From Lingula anatina (taxonomy: Eukaryota; Animalia; Brachiopoda): DNA of 64,000 bases. The translations under genes were made by a program, and so were the position numbers. The notes beneath the pieces are model-generated. The model worked only from the letters and a program-made list of their open reading frames with translations. It was not told the origin of the DNA and did not search any database. Of this stretch, positions 26,570 to 41,331 are shown one piece after another (within the stretch, counting starts at the first letter, position 1; each line of letters opens with the position of its first letter). Location: NCBI GenBank assembly GCA_051362555.1, contig CM120644.1, positions 15,894,534-15,958,533 of the forward strand, in the 5' to 3' direction.

Positions 26570-28422
26570 GTAAGTTGGTCTCATAAGTGATGTTTTGGAG
26601 TTGGGGACGGGGTGTCTTTATAATATGTTACCCTTCTCTTAGTCCATTGGACGTACATGTATCTTGTTTGCTTCTGCAGTCAGCTGCTAGATAATAACCA
26701 CGGGTGCTGAAAAATAATCTGCCCCCCCCCCCCTCTCCCTCACAAGAAATTCTTAATCCCACGGCCCTGGGTTTTCTTATTCATTTAATGGCATTCATGC
26801 ATTCATTCATTCATTTATTTGGTAGTTCTTTATTGTGACATTCCAGTAAAAACGCTGGCCGTATGAAAGCAACGTCAATGAATTGTTGTTACCTAGCTTG
26901 CAAACTGAGTCAGAAACATCAACGCAGAACGCAGGCCTAATCGTTATTGATAAAAGCCGTTGTCATAAATCGTATTCCGTGTTAAACCTAAGTTATTTAT
27001 GCTGCTTTTATTAAGATGATATATGCCTGCAACAGTTATGCTCATAGTTCATGATTCCGCCCTGAGGTTGTGTTGTTGGCATTATATGGCACATTAACCA
27101 ATTAAAAAAAAAAACATGGCGATATCGACATCGACATTTTTTTTTCATTTTTTTAAATAGATTTTGATAATTTTTAGTAACCAGGCCAAACAAACTACAG
27201 TAGAAAAATTAATTCATCGCCGTTAACAATAATACCGAGTTATTATTAAATGATATAGATAAAATGAAACTATCAATGACGTACTGTACGACAAATATTA
27301 ATTTTCCACGCTTCAATTTATTTCATACGCGTTTGAGTATACCCCAGAGTCGTATTTTTATCTGAATATCCCGCAAAGTTGTTTCCCTTTACACAATTCA
27401 GACATAAAAACGATTCCCTCACAACTTCCCCCCAACCCCCCCCCCCCTCCCAACCCGAAAAAAATTTTAAAGCAATAGGAGGGCAGACCAATGCAAGGCA
27501 GTTCACTTCTCGTTATTGTTAAATCAAAAATATAAATTAATGCAGTTCCCATTATTATTATTCAATTAGTCAATCGTTTCAATTCTTTTTTTTAATTCAT
27601 CTATAATTAACCAGTTAATAATCAATAAATATATTAATCAAACAACCAAAATGTATCTCTTGTCTGACGTAGAGATAATTAGATTGAGCTGGAAAATCAT
27701 CCCGTACATATTACCTATAAGTATGTGTATGTATACTCTCTCGACCAAATAAGTTGTAAGTCACACGTACCTCCATGTGTTTTTGTTTTCAAATCATCAC
27801 CTCGCAGCAGTTACCGTAACAATAACAGTAACACATTAAATCGGAGGTATGACAACCATTTTGATCAAGAATGTATGTATTTTTGCATGAGCAAAGTGCG
27901 CTGCCATAAATCACATACATGCAGAATGACGCCTGGTGACAATTCGGCAATAAATAATGTATCAGTAGCAGCTTTATTATAAACAAATACACCACTGTGC
28001 ATGTAGCCATGATTAGGTACTATCATAATCATATATAAACTGTAGACAATCTGCAAACATAATCTTTAGTGCAGTCAGAAATTAATTGATTTTTAATACA
28101 CGATTGTATATACACACGTACAGCTATTAACTAAACATACACACAGTAGAATGTGTACATTTAAAATACACTAGTGAAACTCAAAGTAAAGTCACATCAA
28201 CAGGGCCTCCGTAGGACAGGTCTGGAAATTGTTGTTACAGGTATGCCGTTCGCTAGGTTTGTCGCAGTCCTTTTTATAGCTGATATTCTATGCAGAGTCA
28301 GCATCACCCAGATTTATGGCTCCCTGCAATGCACAGCATGCGTTAATATTCTTGACTTTGTAAAGGTTTACTGAAATTTAGCATTGGATGTATTCAACAT
28401 AAGGATGTTATCATGGTGAACC

Positions 28423-28463
<41 letters not shown>

Positions 28464-29663
28464 ACATGTATGTTAGAATCACAGACTACTTTAATTAAAA
28501 ATACCTTTTTTCTTTTTTTTAAGCAAACATTTTCATATGCAATCAGCGGGCCTGTTGATGAGAAATAAGCTGTAAAGCGTGTCTAGGGTGTAAATTATAT
28601 AGACCGTTATTCAGATAAATAGTTAGCTAGAGTTCAGAAACCCCCCTTTTAAGCTCCCCACTACGTATTGTGCTTAAGACTGAAGAGGTTCAGAAAAAAA
28701 TGGGTGAAGGGGGGTTTCCGCCCTCCCCGCGCCGACCCTACACCTTTACGACTATTGATAAAACCGGTTAAGATATGTTTATCCTTGTCTCATCGTTCCC
28801 TTAATATATCTTTGTACGTGGAAAAGAAATGATAATAGGAATTGACACAGAGAAATACACCAAAAGCGTTTCAAGATTACTACAAGAAAAGGCAATCGTA
28901 CTCTTCATTGATTAATTTATCAGTTAGACTTGCCATTAACGTTTCTATTTGTTCAAGTATTGAGTGTATTAATAGAATGCAATTGAATCGTTTTCTAACT
29001 AATCACTGAAGTAAGTTGATGAAGATAGATCACCCGTAAATAATTGAATGTAGTATGATGTCACAGTCAATAAGTTGTGATTGATTTCTGAAACGAAAAG
29101 GACAAACAATCGCGAACAGATATTGAAAATGAAGTTATATACCGACTCTCAGTTTGTACTTACATTTCTGTAGAATCATAGATTATTGTACTTCCGTTGA
29201 GATTATCTTGAGCTTTATTGGCGCTCATAACTCACACAAAAAGAACCGAGATTTTAATTAGAGAAAAGTACTTCGAAATAATTTCCATATACTGCATATT
29301 GAGTTATACGACATTTGTAAACACGACGTTTATGCTGCAAGTAAATGTCTTCTAGTCGAGTTAGGTATTTTTAGACGAAGCACGATCGACTTTCTAGATT
29401 TTTCTTTAATTAAAGCTGATGGCATGTTTGATGAATTTGTGATTGGATTATGTCTTTGTGACATAATGATATAAAATCATATCATCTTAAAATTCGTCTC
29501 AAAATAGTATTCTGTCTTCCTTTGGGAAAAAAACTCATCAAAGATGTAAATACAAAACGCGTGAATGCCGTTCGCTTTGCGATACAGAACTGTAAAGCGT
29601 CCTTTTCCTTCTAACAAAATGGTCTGCGTAATGCGTTTTCATTACTGGAATAAGTAAAATAGA

Positions 29664-29833
29664 CAGGCCCGTAGCCAGGGGGGGGGTTCGGGGGGTTCGA
29701 AAGAACCCCCCTTTTTGCAGGGAAAAGGTCCCCTCTGGGTGAAATTTAATAAAGGTACATGGAAGTTTCATGGTAAAAGGTCCACTTTTTCAGAAAAAGA
29801 ACCCCCCATTTGAAATTTCTGGCTACGGGCCTG
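29664..29833. mobile_element. MITE, CAGGCCCGTAGCCA-TIR family (copy 2)
   Basis: Perfect TIR caggcccgtagccag / ctggctacgggcctg, flanked by the direct repeat ataga. Confidence 0.88.
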
Positions 29834-30792
29834 ATAGATTCGCTATAATTGCCAAAGACTTGGCACAGCTTGCCGGCGTCATATTCGAGAGAGTTCCCTG
29901 TGGTGCAGGGTCTAGTTCCCATTGAAACATTAACATTCTAGGGCGAGACTTACCTGTACAAATGAATGGGGAGCAGACTCTCCATCATGGGGGAGCCTCT
30001 GTCACCTCAAAAAACGTGGATATTCATGTGCAGTTTTTCGAAAATAATTTTTGGCTCTTTTTGGCAGGGCCTGCAATATTTGAAATTTAGCAGACGCTTG
30101 GACCTGCCATTTCTGCCTATTGAACCATTATATCGGATAGTAGTCGAGTATGGTTATCTTAATATTTGCCAGTATCGAGTGGAAACGGGTCCACCTATTT
30201 TAAGTCAAGCTACATATAAATATTTGTAAAGCAAAAACTGCGGACGACCCGTAATTTGGCACAGCGGGAGCAAAGTGCTTTTCAGTGTCATCGTTATCAA
30301 TTACCATTGATTCCGTGCTTTCTGAACTGGGAAACTCACCGTGTAATGAAATTATCTTGTTGTTGTACAAAAACGCTACTGATGTTTCTATTTCTGTATG
30401 TGTAAAAAATCGAATTACGTAATACCGTGTGCTGAAACACGAGGAGGAGCGCAAACCGATTATATATATATGTATCCGTGCAGCAAGAACAACTAAGGAG
30501 GAGGCTGATAATTTTGAGTGCCACTTTCTGACTTTGCTGTTCTATGAGGCTTTGTTTTCACACACGGTTCATATGCAGGCCAGCTAGCAGGTGTCTCTTT
30601 AAATGATCGATTTGTTTGTCAGATGCCTACAAGTCCAAATCAGATTTGGTCCGGATCGTATCCGAATGCAATGAAGTTTCAACGGGGTAGGCTACAGTGA
30701 ATCAAGGCATTCTGCCGCTTATCGGCAATATAATATAATATAGTTTTCTGTTGCATCATTAACAAGTCCAACAGGCTTATCATATTGTACAC

Positions 30793-30976
30793 CAGGCCTG
30801 TAACCAAGGGGGGCAGGGGGGTCGGGGGGTACAAAAGAACCCCCCTTTTTGCCCGGAAATGGGCTTTTCTGGGTAAAATTTTATCTAGGAACACGAAGGC
30901 TCATGGTAAATGGTTCTCTTTTTTTCTCAGAAAAATATCCTCCCCCCCCCTTTGAAATTTGCTGGCTACGGGCCTG
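30793..30976. mobile_element. MITE, CAGGCCCGTAGCCA-TIR family (copy 3)
   Basis: TIR caggcctgtaacca / tggctacgggcctg; flanks tacac / tgcac. Confidence 0.85.
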
Positions 30977-32734
30977 TGCACAATGTTTGTAGTAACGGCA
31001 CGACGTCAGTGATCCGTGATTGTTTGTAACATTCATTTATCTTACCTCGAGCCTTCACCAGCTATGTCTTGATATAGATGATCGCTTTACGTAATCTGTA
31101 TTAAAACAAAAGGTCGAGAGAAACTTACAGGTGTGGTGTACGCGATTAAAAATTCCCCTAAGTAATATCATGTTTGTCTACAAATCCTATAAAGCTACTC
31201 ATCTTACCCAATTTAGACCTTTAAAACTAAAAGCCCGTCAAATAAAAGTAACTGATATCGATAGTTCCTTGTGAAATGTATAGGTAGACAAGACGTTCTT
31301 AATGGCTGGCCAGTCACTTAGAACTAAATTATTTAATTAAATATAAATTAAAACATGGCATTCAAGTGCCAGAACCGGTCGACCAATAATTTGTGGCGAA
31401 TTCGTAGCGAAAATTGATTTTTTTTTTTTTTTTTTGGCAGACAGGTCACTTTAAAACTACCCTTAAACATAGCAAACCTCCTATACTAATATCTACCAAA
31501 ATGTAGGAAAAGATATTTCAGAAACACATACATCTGTAAATTGGCGTTGAAGGCATTTCACTTGGTTAAATTTAAAGAGCTCCAGTGTCCTCATCACTAG
31601 AACCAATCTAGACTACATGGAAGTTAATTGCATTAATAGCTTGCTCCTTGACTGCGTCTGTTCAAACCGTCTTGTTAATTAAGCCGGGAAATCAACCTTT
31701 TCTTCGTTTCCTCGAATGCACAAAAGTTAACTGAGACGTACGTCAAAGGAGAAGAATCACGCAACGTTGTTACGCTTCAAAGTAAGATTTTTTCCAATTA
31801 TAGATGGGAGGTAAACAAGATGAATATCTTGCATGTGCCCCGGGTGGTAGTATAATTCGGTTTTTTTCTGCAGTTGTTATTTAAGGATTCGTGATACTTT
31901 CAGAATGAGTTACACACGCTGTTGTCACATACGTTAGGTGTTTTATGTAATACGTGGTTTTGGCGCTCTATCTAATTTCCTTCGAGAAAAAGACCATTTC
32001 TGTCATTCATGTATGATTGCCAAGGTTTCATGTTTTTTTCTCTTTATTTCTCATGAAAAACTTCTCAAAGAATCGTGATTCATCCATTTGAGAGTTTTTT
32101 TCCTAAATCGGAAAAGGTCTATAAGTAGCTCTGCAGGATATTCAGACATAAAATGTGATTCGAGGTATTTTCAATTGCACAACAGTGCTTTAATTTTTTG
32201 TCTTTGTGCTCAGATGCCAGACCTGGTAAAAAAAAAAACAGTTCATCTGAAATCTGATATCGAATCGTAACCAGCTGTCTGTTTGCAAAACACTGTTTTA
32301 TTTTTATTTTTTATTATCATTTTTCATAACATTCTAATTCAGGTATAATTGAAGCGTGTCCAGGGGGATGCTGTGTGGTAGCGGCATGACGTCATCCAAC
32401 AAAAATAACCGTATATGCCACCAAATACAAACCACAAAAGTACCGCATGCTTCTTTGGCATGGTCAGGAAGTAGAAAGTAATTCAGTGACGAAATCTAAC
32501 GGAATTTGAATGAACATGTTCCTTCAAAAAATAATTTGCTCGTGCCTGGAGGAAGACGGAACCTAGACTAGAACCATTAATTAAATAATGAAGACGCTTT
32601 ATTCTTCACGCATCCCCCTTATACTCTGTTCTTATGATTGGTATTGATCCCTTTGTTTGAAATTCAAGTCAAGGGAAATTCCCAACAAATATGTACTGTC
32701 TAGGCATGACCATGTTGATCCAGACGATCAGCCT

Positions 32735-32779
<45 letters not shown>

Positions 32780-35700
32780 CACGCGCGCGCATTCCGAACA
32801 AGAGGATCCCCGGGATATCTCAAAACTTTCTTCACAAACTCTGACGAAATTTTCGAGCTACTGCTGCAGTGAGAAAGGCGTGCATGTACATGTAATAACA
32901 TCTTCAATCATATTTTGGTCTGCTAATTAAAATGAAAAACATGTTATCGTTTCATTTACAGATCTTTTTCGTTGCCTTTTTCCTTTGTGGCTCAAGGTCT
33001 CTCACCGCCCTAAGAATCCTCGCTATTTTTATTTTGTTTATTCGTTCGTGTCTTCTAGTTTGAGAGGAATTATTTAAGGTTTCAGGGGAACTATTTCAGT
33101 CTGTGACAAAAGCGCGAGCAAACACCTTTTGGGTACCGTGACACGCTCTAGCAGCCAATCTTTCACAAACAACCATGGTGCCAATAAATCACGAATGACT
33201 GGAAAAATAAGCTTTTTTTCAGCTTTGTTAGGCAACGAAGTAGATACGGCCTCTAGTCACAACAGCGTATCATCAAACACGGAAACTGCATCAGGAAATC
33301 TTTGTGGCGTAGTTTCCACGTAAGCATCTTAGTGATAGTAACGCATTGGCACCATAAATACTTGTCAAGAGTTTCAAGGAATCGCCCGGAGCGTGAAATG
33401 GGCAATAAATCTGAAGAGGAAACAAACGCTGGGTTGGAGTCCATTAATTAATTGACTACTCTGCGTTCTCAGTCATTTGATGGATCCTTTTGTTCGATTG
33501 GCATGCTGACTATGATGTTGTTGCCAGCAATAGAAAAGCAACATTCTTGGAATAAAAATGTGTTGCCAAATTGACAAAAGGCGCGATATTCATGATTATC
33601 AAAAGTTCTCAATGCAGACACAAATTATTATTATTATTTTATTAGTATTCTTTTTTGTTAATTTATTTTTTTGAATCATTTATTATTATTATTTTTATTA
33701 TTACAATGGGTTCGTGTCACCTTCAGTGAAACTTATCAACGTGTCTTCCGCAAATCGAAGAATGAGCACGAAGCCGGCGGAAGACAGCATTTTAGACATG
33801 CCAGCAAGCTGTCATGATACTTTTTAAAAGAGTAAAAACGCATTGCCAATAGCAATGTTAATAAACACGCAAAAGAGAGAGAGAGAGAGAGAAAGTTTCA
33901 CGTACCCGTACAACGCGCAAACCAATCATACACGCGGGGAAACATTTTTTCACCTATACATGTTACTTATAACCGTTTTTATATATTGTTCTATATATTT
34001 GTTTATTTGCTTCTCTGTTTCTGTTTTATTGTTCGGTCTAAAAGTTATGCGTTACAAATCTGCTTATTCAAATAGACACTGAGTGGAATAGCTCAAGGGG
34101 CCCTTACTTGTAGGTTATAGATCTAGATCTGATAAATTGTAAGAAACAAATAGTGAGTTTGTATTAGCTCATGCTGAAGGGTGACTGTGTCAACAATATT
34201 CTTGTGAAGCCAACACTGAAAGTCCTGTTTTCCAATATTGCTCAGGACTAATATAATTTAGACAAGGTGGTGCACATTTATACAGTAGTTCAGCCATAGT
34301 ACAATTTAACCTTGTCCCTTGTAAGAGGTCTAGAGTTCTTGGACTAAGCTCTGGCTTATACTGCTAAAATCGAAGAGACGACTATACGAAAAGTCAAAGT
34401 GATCATGTTAGTCTGAGGGTTTTTAAGTGTTTGGCCACAAATATGTATTTGACGTGCATTTGCAAACATGGTCTACTGGCATCATCGAGAATAAAAATAA
34501 AAAATTTTCCGAGATAACCACAATTTATTGACTGAGCGCAACTGACATAACGAATATATATTATTATTGTTTTTTTATTTATTTTAAATATAATTTTAGT
34601 ACAGTGTATACAGATATTTTAGCATTGTACAAATATTATAAACATTGTAAAGTACAAAACGACTTTAAGACTGATCGTGAAACATATGCCCCCAGAACTG
34701 ACTAAAGTGTGCATATTGTGAAGACTCCTGCTAAAGTGATCGATTGAAATGCAGCTACTTGTGCATCAGCAAGTGGTCCACCCAATTAGTCGAAATTGAT
34801 TGCTATCAGCTCTTGAATGACATGTCGTTGGTTTGGATGTATTGTGGACACTTTAGTTGTGGAAATCAGTTTGAAAAATAGACCACTTTAACAGGAAAAG
34901 CATGGACGGTCAAATTAGACACTCAATTAGGTCTAATGAAAATATTTTACTTGGCGGAGAGCTCGGTCTCAATGTAGATAAACTATCAAGCAATAAGCAA
35001 GCAAGCCAACAAATATGAAGTTAAACCTGTATTTCAACTATATTTGCTGTGAGCAACTACTATATTTGAAATCCAAAAAACGCCGCATTGGCTTGGAAAT
35101 CGAGTTATTGTTTACACGTTCGGTTAACGTGAGTTTTTCGGGTTTTATCGAATGTAAAAGTAGCCAGTAATGAACATTTTTGAATCTTTAACTCGGATTA
35201 AGAAAAACGAAGTCCAGTAATTTCTATATATGGCTATATATGTCCTTCGTTGCCCTTCAAAATATCGAAATAATTAACCCTCGATTCACCCTTGTGTGCC
35301 GTAACTTCAGCATTCATGTCCATGTAAATCGCCTCTGTATAATTGAAAAGCAATGTATGTGGCATCAAATAACAGCGGAATCCGTTCATGTGATCTGAAA
35401 CCATTGGTACTGTACAGAAAGATAGTGGAAGTATTATGGATGAAAACACACAATTCCACTACATCAGAATGCAGCTGATTCTGTAAGGAGAGCGATTATG
35501 CCATTTCACACTTAAGTCTGAATATTCCCGAAATACTGACTACCTGTACTGCAAAAGACTTATGTGTAAGCCAACTTTGAACCGAGATAAATTGTAGTCC
35601 ACTATGATGGAAGCGTCCACATGGTGTGCATCAGCTAGGTAGAAAAAAATCATTGTGAATGCATGGTCCCGAACTATATTAAGAAATTAATCGCTGTGCA

Positions 35701-35873
35701 CTCTGTACAAAAAGTGGTCCGCCTGTAAATCTACACACCGTACGCAATTTAACGCTTTTAAAGCACACACATACACAGAGAGAGAGAAACAGAGAGAGAG
35801 AGAGGATTAATAGTTTAGTGGTCACGACGGTTACGACAATTTATCTGAGTGGTATTGAGAACATTGAGCTTGA

Positions 35874-35874
<1 letters not shown>

Positions 35875-35931
<57 letters not shown>
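35875..35931. repeat. (TA)n microsatellite
   Basis: Directly visible. Confidence 0.95.
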
Positions 35932-35933
<2 letters not shown>

Positions 35934-36903
35934 AACTATTTCAGGTCGCCCCCCCCCCCCCCATTGACCGTAAGTGAATTACCGTATACCAGGAATGTGC
36001 CAATGTGACTAAATAATAGAGTGATCTAGCACCTACCCTTGTATTAATGGATGCTCAAACATAATGGCACCAGTGTCCGATTAATGACTTATTACACTGT
36101 CTAAAAGCGACCCAAGTTCAGATCGATTTCCAGCAATATTTAATGTCACAAATCGTGCCTTTCCATGCAGACGCAGATTTTATACTTAAAGATACATCTG
36201 AAACGAGCGTTGGTGGGTCGTGGATTCCCAGTAAGGCATATAAACAATTCTACAAGCTTCTTATACTACTCAAATGAAGTCGACACGCCAGTTAAGGGGT
36301 AACTTGATTTAATCATTCGATCAGCCGAATTTTGTGTCGAAAATTTAACCTACTTATCTGACCTACTTTTGTGCCCCCTCTATATACAGCTTAGAAAGCA
36401 AGCAGGGAATTCGTTCAAATAAAATTTTCGGGCAGTATGAAACGATGCCTTATGGTATTTCTCTAAGTTATACTATTTGAAACTATACAGTATATGGTGG
36501 CATTTGGTCGGCTTTTGAGGCAAAATATTGACTTAAAATGCATCTTTAAACCATGACCCCGCACGGTTCTACGTGTATAAATAACTTCCTATTGATTGAA
36601 ATAAAACAACTAATACACAGACATTAATTTTTTGTAGACTTTTATAAATAAGTGAATGAAGATCGTTTGTAAGCCCATCCTGAGGTCTGTTCAATATAAT
36701 AGTTTAAGTGTCTGGAAAATAATTGGATGATATCTGTCCCCAAAGATAACATTCGCTCGGCTAAATTTACCTCAGTCTAAACTTTTGGACAAAAAAAATC
36801 GTCAATTTTTACCAAAGATAAACTAGTGGTAGTGCAATTATCTGAAATATCGTGTCTGTTTTACTGCAACAAAGTCGGGCTTATGTTTTAGACCATATCT
36901 TAA

Positions 36904-37160
36904 GGTGGTTTCCCATACCTAGATCGATCTAACTGGATCGATTCATCTCCGAGGTGTTTCTCGCAAAATTTGCTTTCAGCATAAGCGGCTTAGATGTCGG
37001 GCACGCCTACTGAAGCTGCTAAAAGATAATTAATTACCCCCTAGCAGCTTCCTTAGGCGTGACAGACATCTAAGCCGCCTAAGTTGATTGGAATTTAGCG
37101 AGAATCCCCTCGGAGATAAGTCGATCCACAGTTAGTTCGATAGGGTCTGGGAATGGTCCC
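36904..37160. mobile_element. Near-complete palindromic MITE (PIF/Harbinger-like)
   Basis: The whole element folds around ataattaatt at about 37030 (gcggcttagatgtc / gacatctaagccgc; aagctgcta / tagcagctt; atctccgagg / cctcggagat). Flanked by taa / tta. Confidence 0.85.
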
Positions 37161-37865
37161 TTACTTTATTATAGTAGACATGTAAGAACCCACACTGAAC
37201 GAAATGCCAACTTTATGCTCTAAAATATTGCATCATTAGTCTGGCTAAAGTTGGTGAAACCGGTCCAAGAACTTCCGGTATGTATGTCAATTGGCACTGC
37301 ACTGCAGCGACACATATCGTTTATTATTAATATTTAATCAACAAAATTAAATTAATCTGATGGTAATGCATTAAGACATTGCATGCATGCAGCGAAACTA
37401 GCCGGGGTTTTGGAATAACCATATATACGGATAGATATCGTTTGCGTGACAGCGTAATTGGTACAATGTTGTAACGTCTGCGTCTTGGAAACATTCACTG
37501 GAAATCGTTAAAGAATTATTAGATTGTTTAATAATTGCAAAGCAACGTCTGGAGCGGCGGTAAACATTGGCCTTGCGTTCATGTATGGAATTGTGATAAT
37601 ATAGATATGGATTGGACGGCATTCCCACAAAATACTACATTCACTTCCGTTCAGGTTGTGCTTTATTCGCATACTACATGTACATGTATATACACCATAC
37701 CTGTGTATAGCACTTAATCACTGTAAATACGCCATGAAAAAAGTTTGATTACGCATTATTATACTGCACATGCAATGCAGGCGTATAATATTTTGACGAT
37801 TAATTCAATACGATTTTGTACGATATAGGATAGTGCTACATGTATTTTCAGTTTGTTTCCCCTCC

Positions 37866-37906
<41 letters not shown>

Positions 37907-38621
37907 GTTTTCCAGATATGCGCATTTGCTCTGGCTGGCATCCTACATATCTGTTATCACAGTGCTTTCACAATGCAATTTGCACGTACAGAAAGAATCT
38001 TAATTTCAAATTATCTGTCGAAATGGGATATTGCCAAACCACGTCTAATTAAGACAGTGATAGACATCTCGGGTTAACCAAATGGTCAGTTTATAAAGGC
38101 CCATATCATTGCAAGTCTATTTCCGAATTCCTGAGTTATCTCCCCAATGCTCATGTACATGTAACTCAACGTAATGGCCCATTATATTACAGCGATTAAC
38201 GAACCTCGAACCAATTACCAAAGCATGCAGTCTATACTTTATAGCAAATCATCGATAGAAAACCGTTCAAAGGACTTCCAAGTCATTTGCAACTGATAAA
38301 GTTTCTAAACATACCGCTCACATTAGATATATATTGTATTATCAGATTCTATTGCTCGTAAAAGTCCAATATGTTGTGAACTAAGCGCTCAAATGGGTGT
38401 TTAGGGACCATGTCATTTTCATTCTATGTAGCATGGAAATACACCATAAGACATTTGAACAAGCATTATATATCCATGATTAGGTTTTTATTGTTCAGGA
38501 AATACATGGATGTAACTCATCATTCATGTAGACATTTCAATAACCCCTATAGTTGTCATTTTCTGTCTCATATACCTGTAAGTTCTTTTTTTCTCAAACA
38601 ATCTGCTTTGGATAATATTAT

Positions 38622-38830
38622 CTGGGCCCAGTTTCATCAACACTGTCCCCAGATAACGCTATCCTATGAATATGGCAATCTTTTTGATGAAATTGTTACC
38701 CTCTCGAAAGTTATCTTGAGGATAGCAACCTTTTTAACCACCGAGAAAGCAATATCAGGAGACAAAAATAGTGAACATTACTTTACCCGCATGATAATTG
38801 CCCAGAGGATAACAGTGCTTTTCTTTTCAA
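38622..38830. mobile_element. Degenerate Harbinger-like MITE remnant
   Basis: Starts ctgggcccagtttcatcaacactgt, has repeated gataac/ttatc sub-motifs and a partial inverted end ataacagtg. The right boundary is uncertain. Confidence 0.4.
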
Positions 38831-39106
38831 AGCCTTCCCATCAGGTCCAAGTCAGAGTCCAAGTGAAATAATGCTCAAGTTTCCAGAACAGTTGCGTTCT
38901 AAATTTAACATATTCTAGATGGTTGTTGCAACTTGGTAGGAAGGGAAAGTGGGGTTATATTGGATCAGCTATATTGGAGCAGGCATTGGGAATGACTGTT
39001 AGAATTGATATTAGATTGGTAAATGGTTTAACATATCTTTAAATACTTCCTTCGAGATACAACAAAAACATTCCCCTCTCATTATTCTTACGTTCCTTTA
39101 TTTTGC

Positions 39107-39108
<2 letters not shown>

Positions 39109-39144
<36 letters not shown>

Positions 39145-39215
39145 TATACAGGGGGGTATATGGGGCATATATAATCATTATCTTTCTTAATTCTTCTTCT
39201 TCTTCTTCTTCTTCT

Positions 39216-39257
<42 letters not shown>
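39109..39257. repeat. (CA)n, (TTC)n and (TC)n microsatellite cluster
   Basis: Directly visible. Confidence 0.9.
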
Positions 39258-39259
<2 letters not shown>

Positions 39260-40215
39260 ACTGGTAAGATCCAAGCAATAGCTAGTAAAAAACCAACACT
39301 AATAACCATCCAATCCATCAGCCCACACGCTGAGATGAACAGTTGAGCGTAGCACGCAAAAAGACGCTTAGCCTTGAACTCTTTGCTTCAAATGTCTCAC
39401 TATTACATTGACCGGATTTAGATTACCATGGACCTTATTTGCCATTTTAATAACATCCATTAATATCTAATCTGTATGTGGGTGTGAACAAGTGACATTA
39501 ACCTTAACGGGGCGTGTTAGTTACGTGTAATCACAAGCATGTAGCGGCATATATATAAATTGGAAAAATATCATTTTCTTCATAACTCCGTCTTTTGTGA
39601 TACCGGCTTTGATTCTTTATATACAAAAGCATGTTCAGTGAACACTTATCACATGACTGATACCTAGGTATCTTTATCTATGCCATACAGATGCAAAGGA
39701 CACAAAAGAAACTCACATGGCAACACCAGATAAAAAGCAAATCCGCTATTCAAGCGAGGTGTATCTCTAGAGCCATTTGTTAATGCCTTTCTTCAGCTGG
39801 TAACACGACCCTCTTCTCCGTACTTCAAGAACTCGAGGGTCAGCGCGCAAATGGAGTTCATTTACTGTAAAACAAAATCTGACTGACACGTTGCCCTACT
39901 TCTTAATGGAGTTCCCAGTTCACGAAATGCAATTTAACAAAAAAAGCGGCAGGATTTCATCGTTGCCGTACGTGTCTTGGCTAATGCGTTTAAGGTATCT
40001 TTGTGGAGCATTAATTGGCTTACTTTGATAGTAGAAAAGCAAATCCGGCTCTCATTCAGCTTGATCTTCTCTGTTTAGTCATACTGGATTGACACGCCAA
40101 TACTGCCACTTGAAATTAATCGCTATTCCAAGCAAGATTGAGGAGCTGTGCTGAAAGGAATTTGAACTAATCAAAATAGTGCAATAGTATTTGTATTTAA
40201 AATTATAACGATATG

Positions 40216-40261
<46 letters not shown>
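40216..40261. repeat. (ATA)n microsatellite
   Basis: Directly visible. Confidence 0.95.
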
Positions 40262-40263
<2 letters not shown>

Positions 40264-41025
40264 GATGTGACTTTGTTTATAAAACGTTGCGTTTTCAGTT
40301 GCTCTTCGGCGTCGCCAAGAAACGTAGAATTTCCACTTGGGTCGCAAATTGGAATAACAATTCATATTTCTATGTTAAAAGTAAAATATATCTTGAGAGT
40401 TAAACCTTCAAGAGCGCACTTTACACTAGCGCGTAATGAAGATCTAATTGTGCTGGTTTTACTTGCCAAAATACCACCAGTAATTCTTATAATGCATATA
40501 ATATCTACTGTATGATTATGTATTCAGTCAACAACGCATAGCTCGTCTCTTTATAATTTATTCAAATCTTTTATTTTAAACAAGTCTCGCAGAAATTAGT
40601 ATCAGATGATATTTAGCAGCAATGTTCAAGTTTATCATTGCTCAAGGCTATCATTATCATTTAAATGCCTTGTTTTTACCCATGATAATTTTGTAAAGTA
40701 GCTCCAGCTTAAACGATCCACATGTAGTTGTTCACGGTGTTCATGTCAGAAATTTACGATCAGTCAAGATAAATTTTTATTGTAACCTGTAAAAATGCGT
40801 TAAGGGCATTGAAAGGGTTTATAAGCGTCCTAATACCGGAAATGAGGTTTTTCGTACATCTAACTCTTTGATAATGCATCTACATTAATGCTGATTAAAA
40901 ATAACCTCAGAAGTTCGAAATATTGGCGTTTATATTTTTCTTTGCTAAGCATAAGGACAGGCATCTCGGAGCGTTAATCGTCAATTTATTACCTTTTTAT
41001 TTTTGGGTGAGATAAAAATCGGTAC

Positions 41026-41026
<1 letters not shown>

Positions 41027-41068
<42 letters not shown>

Positions 41069-41077
41069 GTGTGTGTC

Positions 41078-41116
<39 letters not shown>
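41027..41116. repeat. Compound (ATT)n(GT)n microsatellite upstream of monooxygenase exon 2
   Basis: Directly visible. Confidence 0.95.
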
Positions 41117-41119
<3 letters not shown>

Positions 41120-41220
41120 GGAGAGAGTTTATATTCTATAATACATGTACTAGCTTGCAATGTGCTAACCCGTGTTTTAGCGCGTGCTATTTAAATGCAA
41201 CTAACATCCTCTTATAACAG

Positions 41221-41331
41221 GTCCCAAGCGATGAAGTGTACCACGCGGTTGCCTTTGAGCCAATCATCGCCAACAAGGACGTCATGCATCACATGATCTT
41301 ATTTGCATGCGGAGATGACGTAACAGCAGGA
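41221..41331 (+). CDS. Copper monooxygenase exon 2 (CuH His-His motif)
   Basis: Acceptor ctcttataacag. Translates VPSDEVYHAVAFEPIIANKDVMHHMILFACGDDVTAG. Donor GGA|GTAAGA, phase 0; an in-frame alternative donor after 41319 is possible. Confidence 0.88.

Noticed and set aside
33286-33298. Short match to miR-217-like sequence (actgcatcaggaa)
   Set aside because: Only a partial match with no visible precursor hairpin; compatible with chance.
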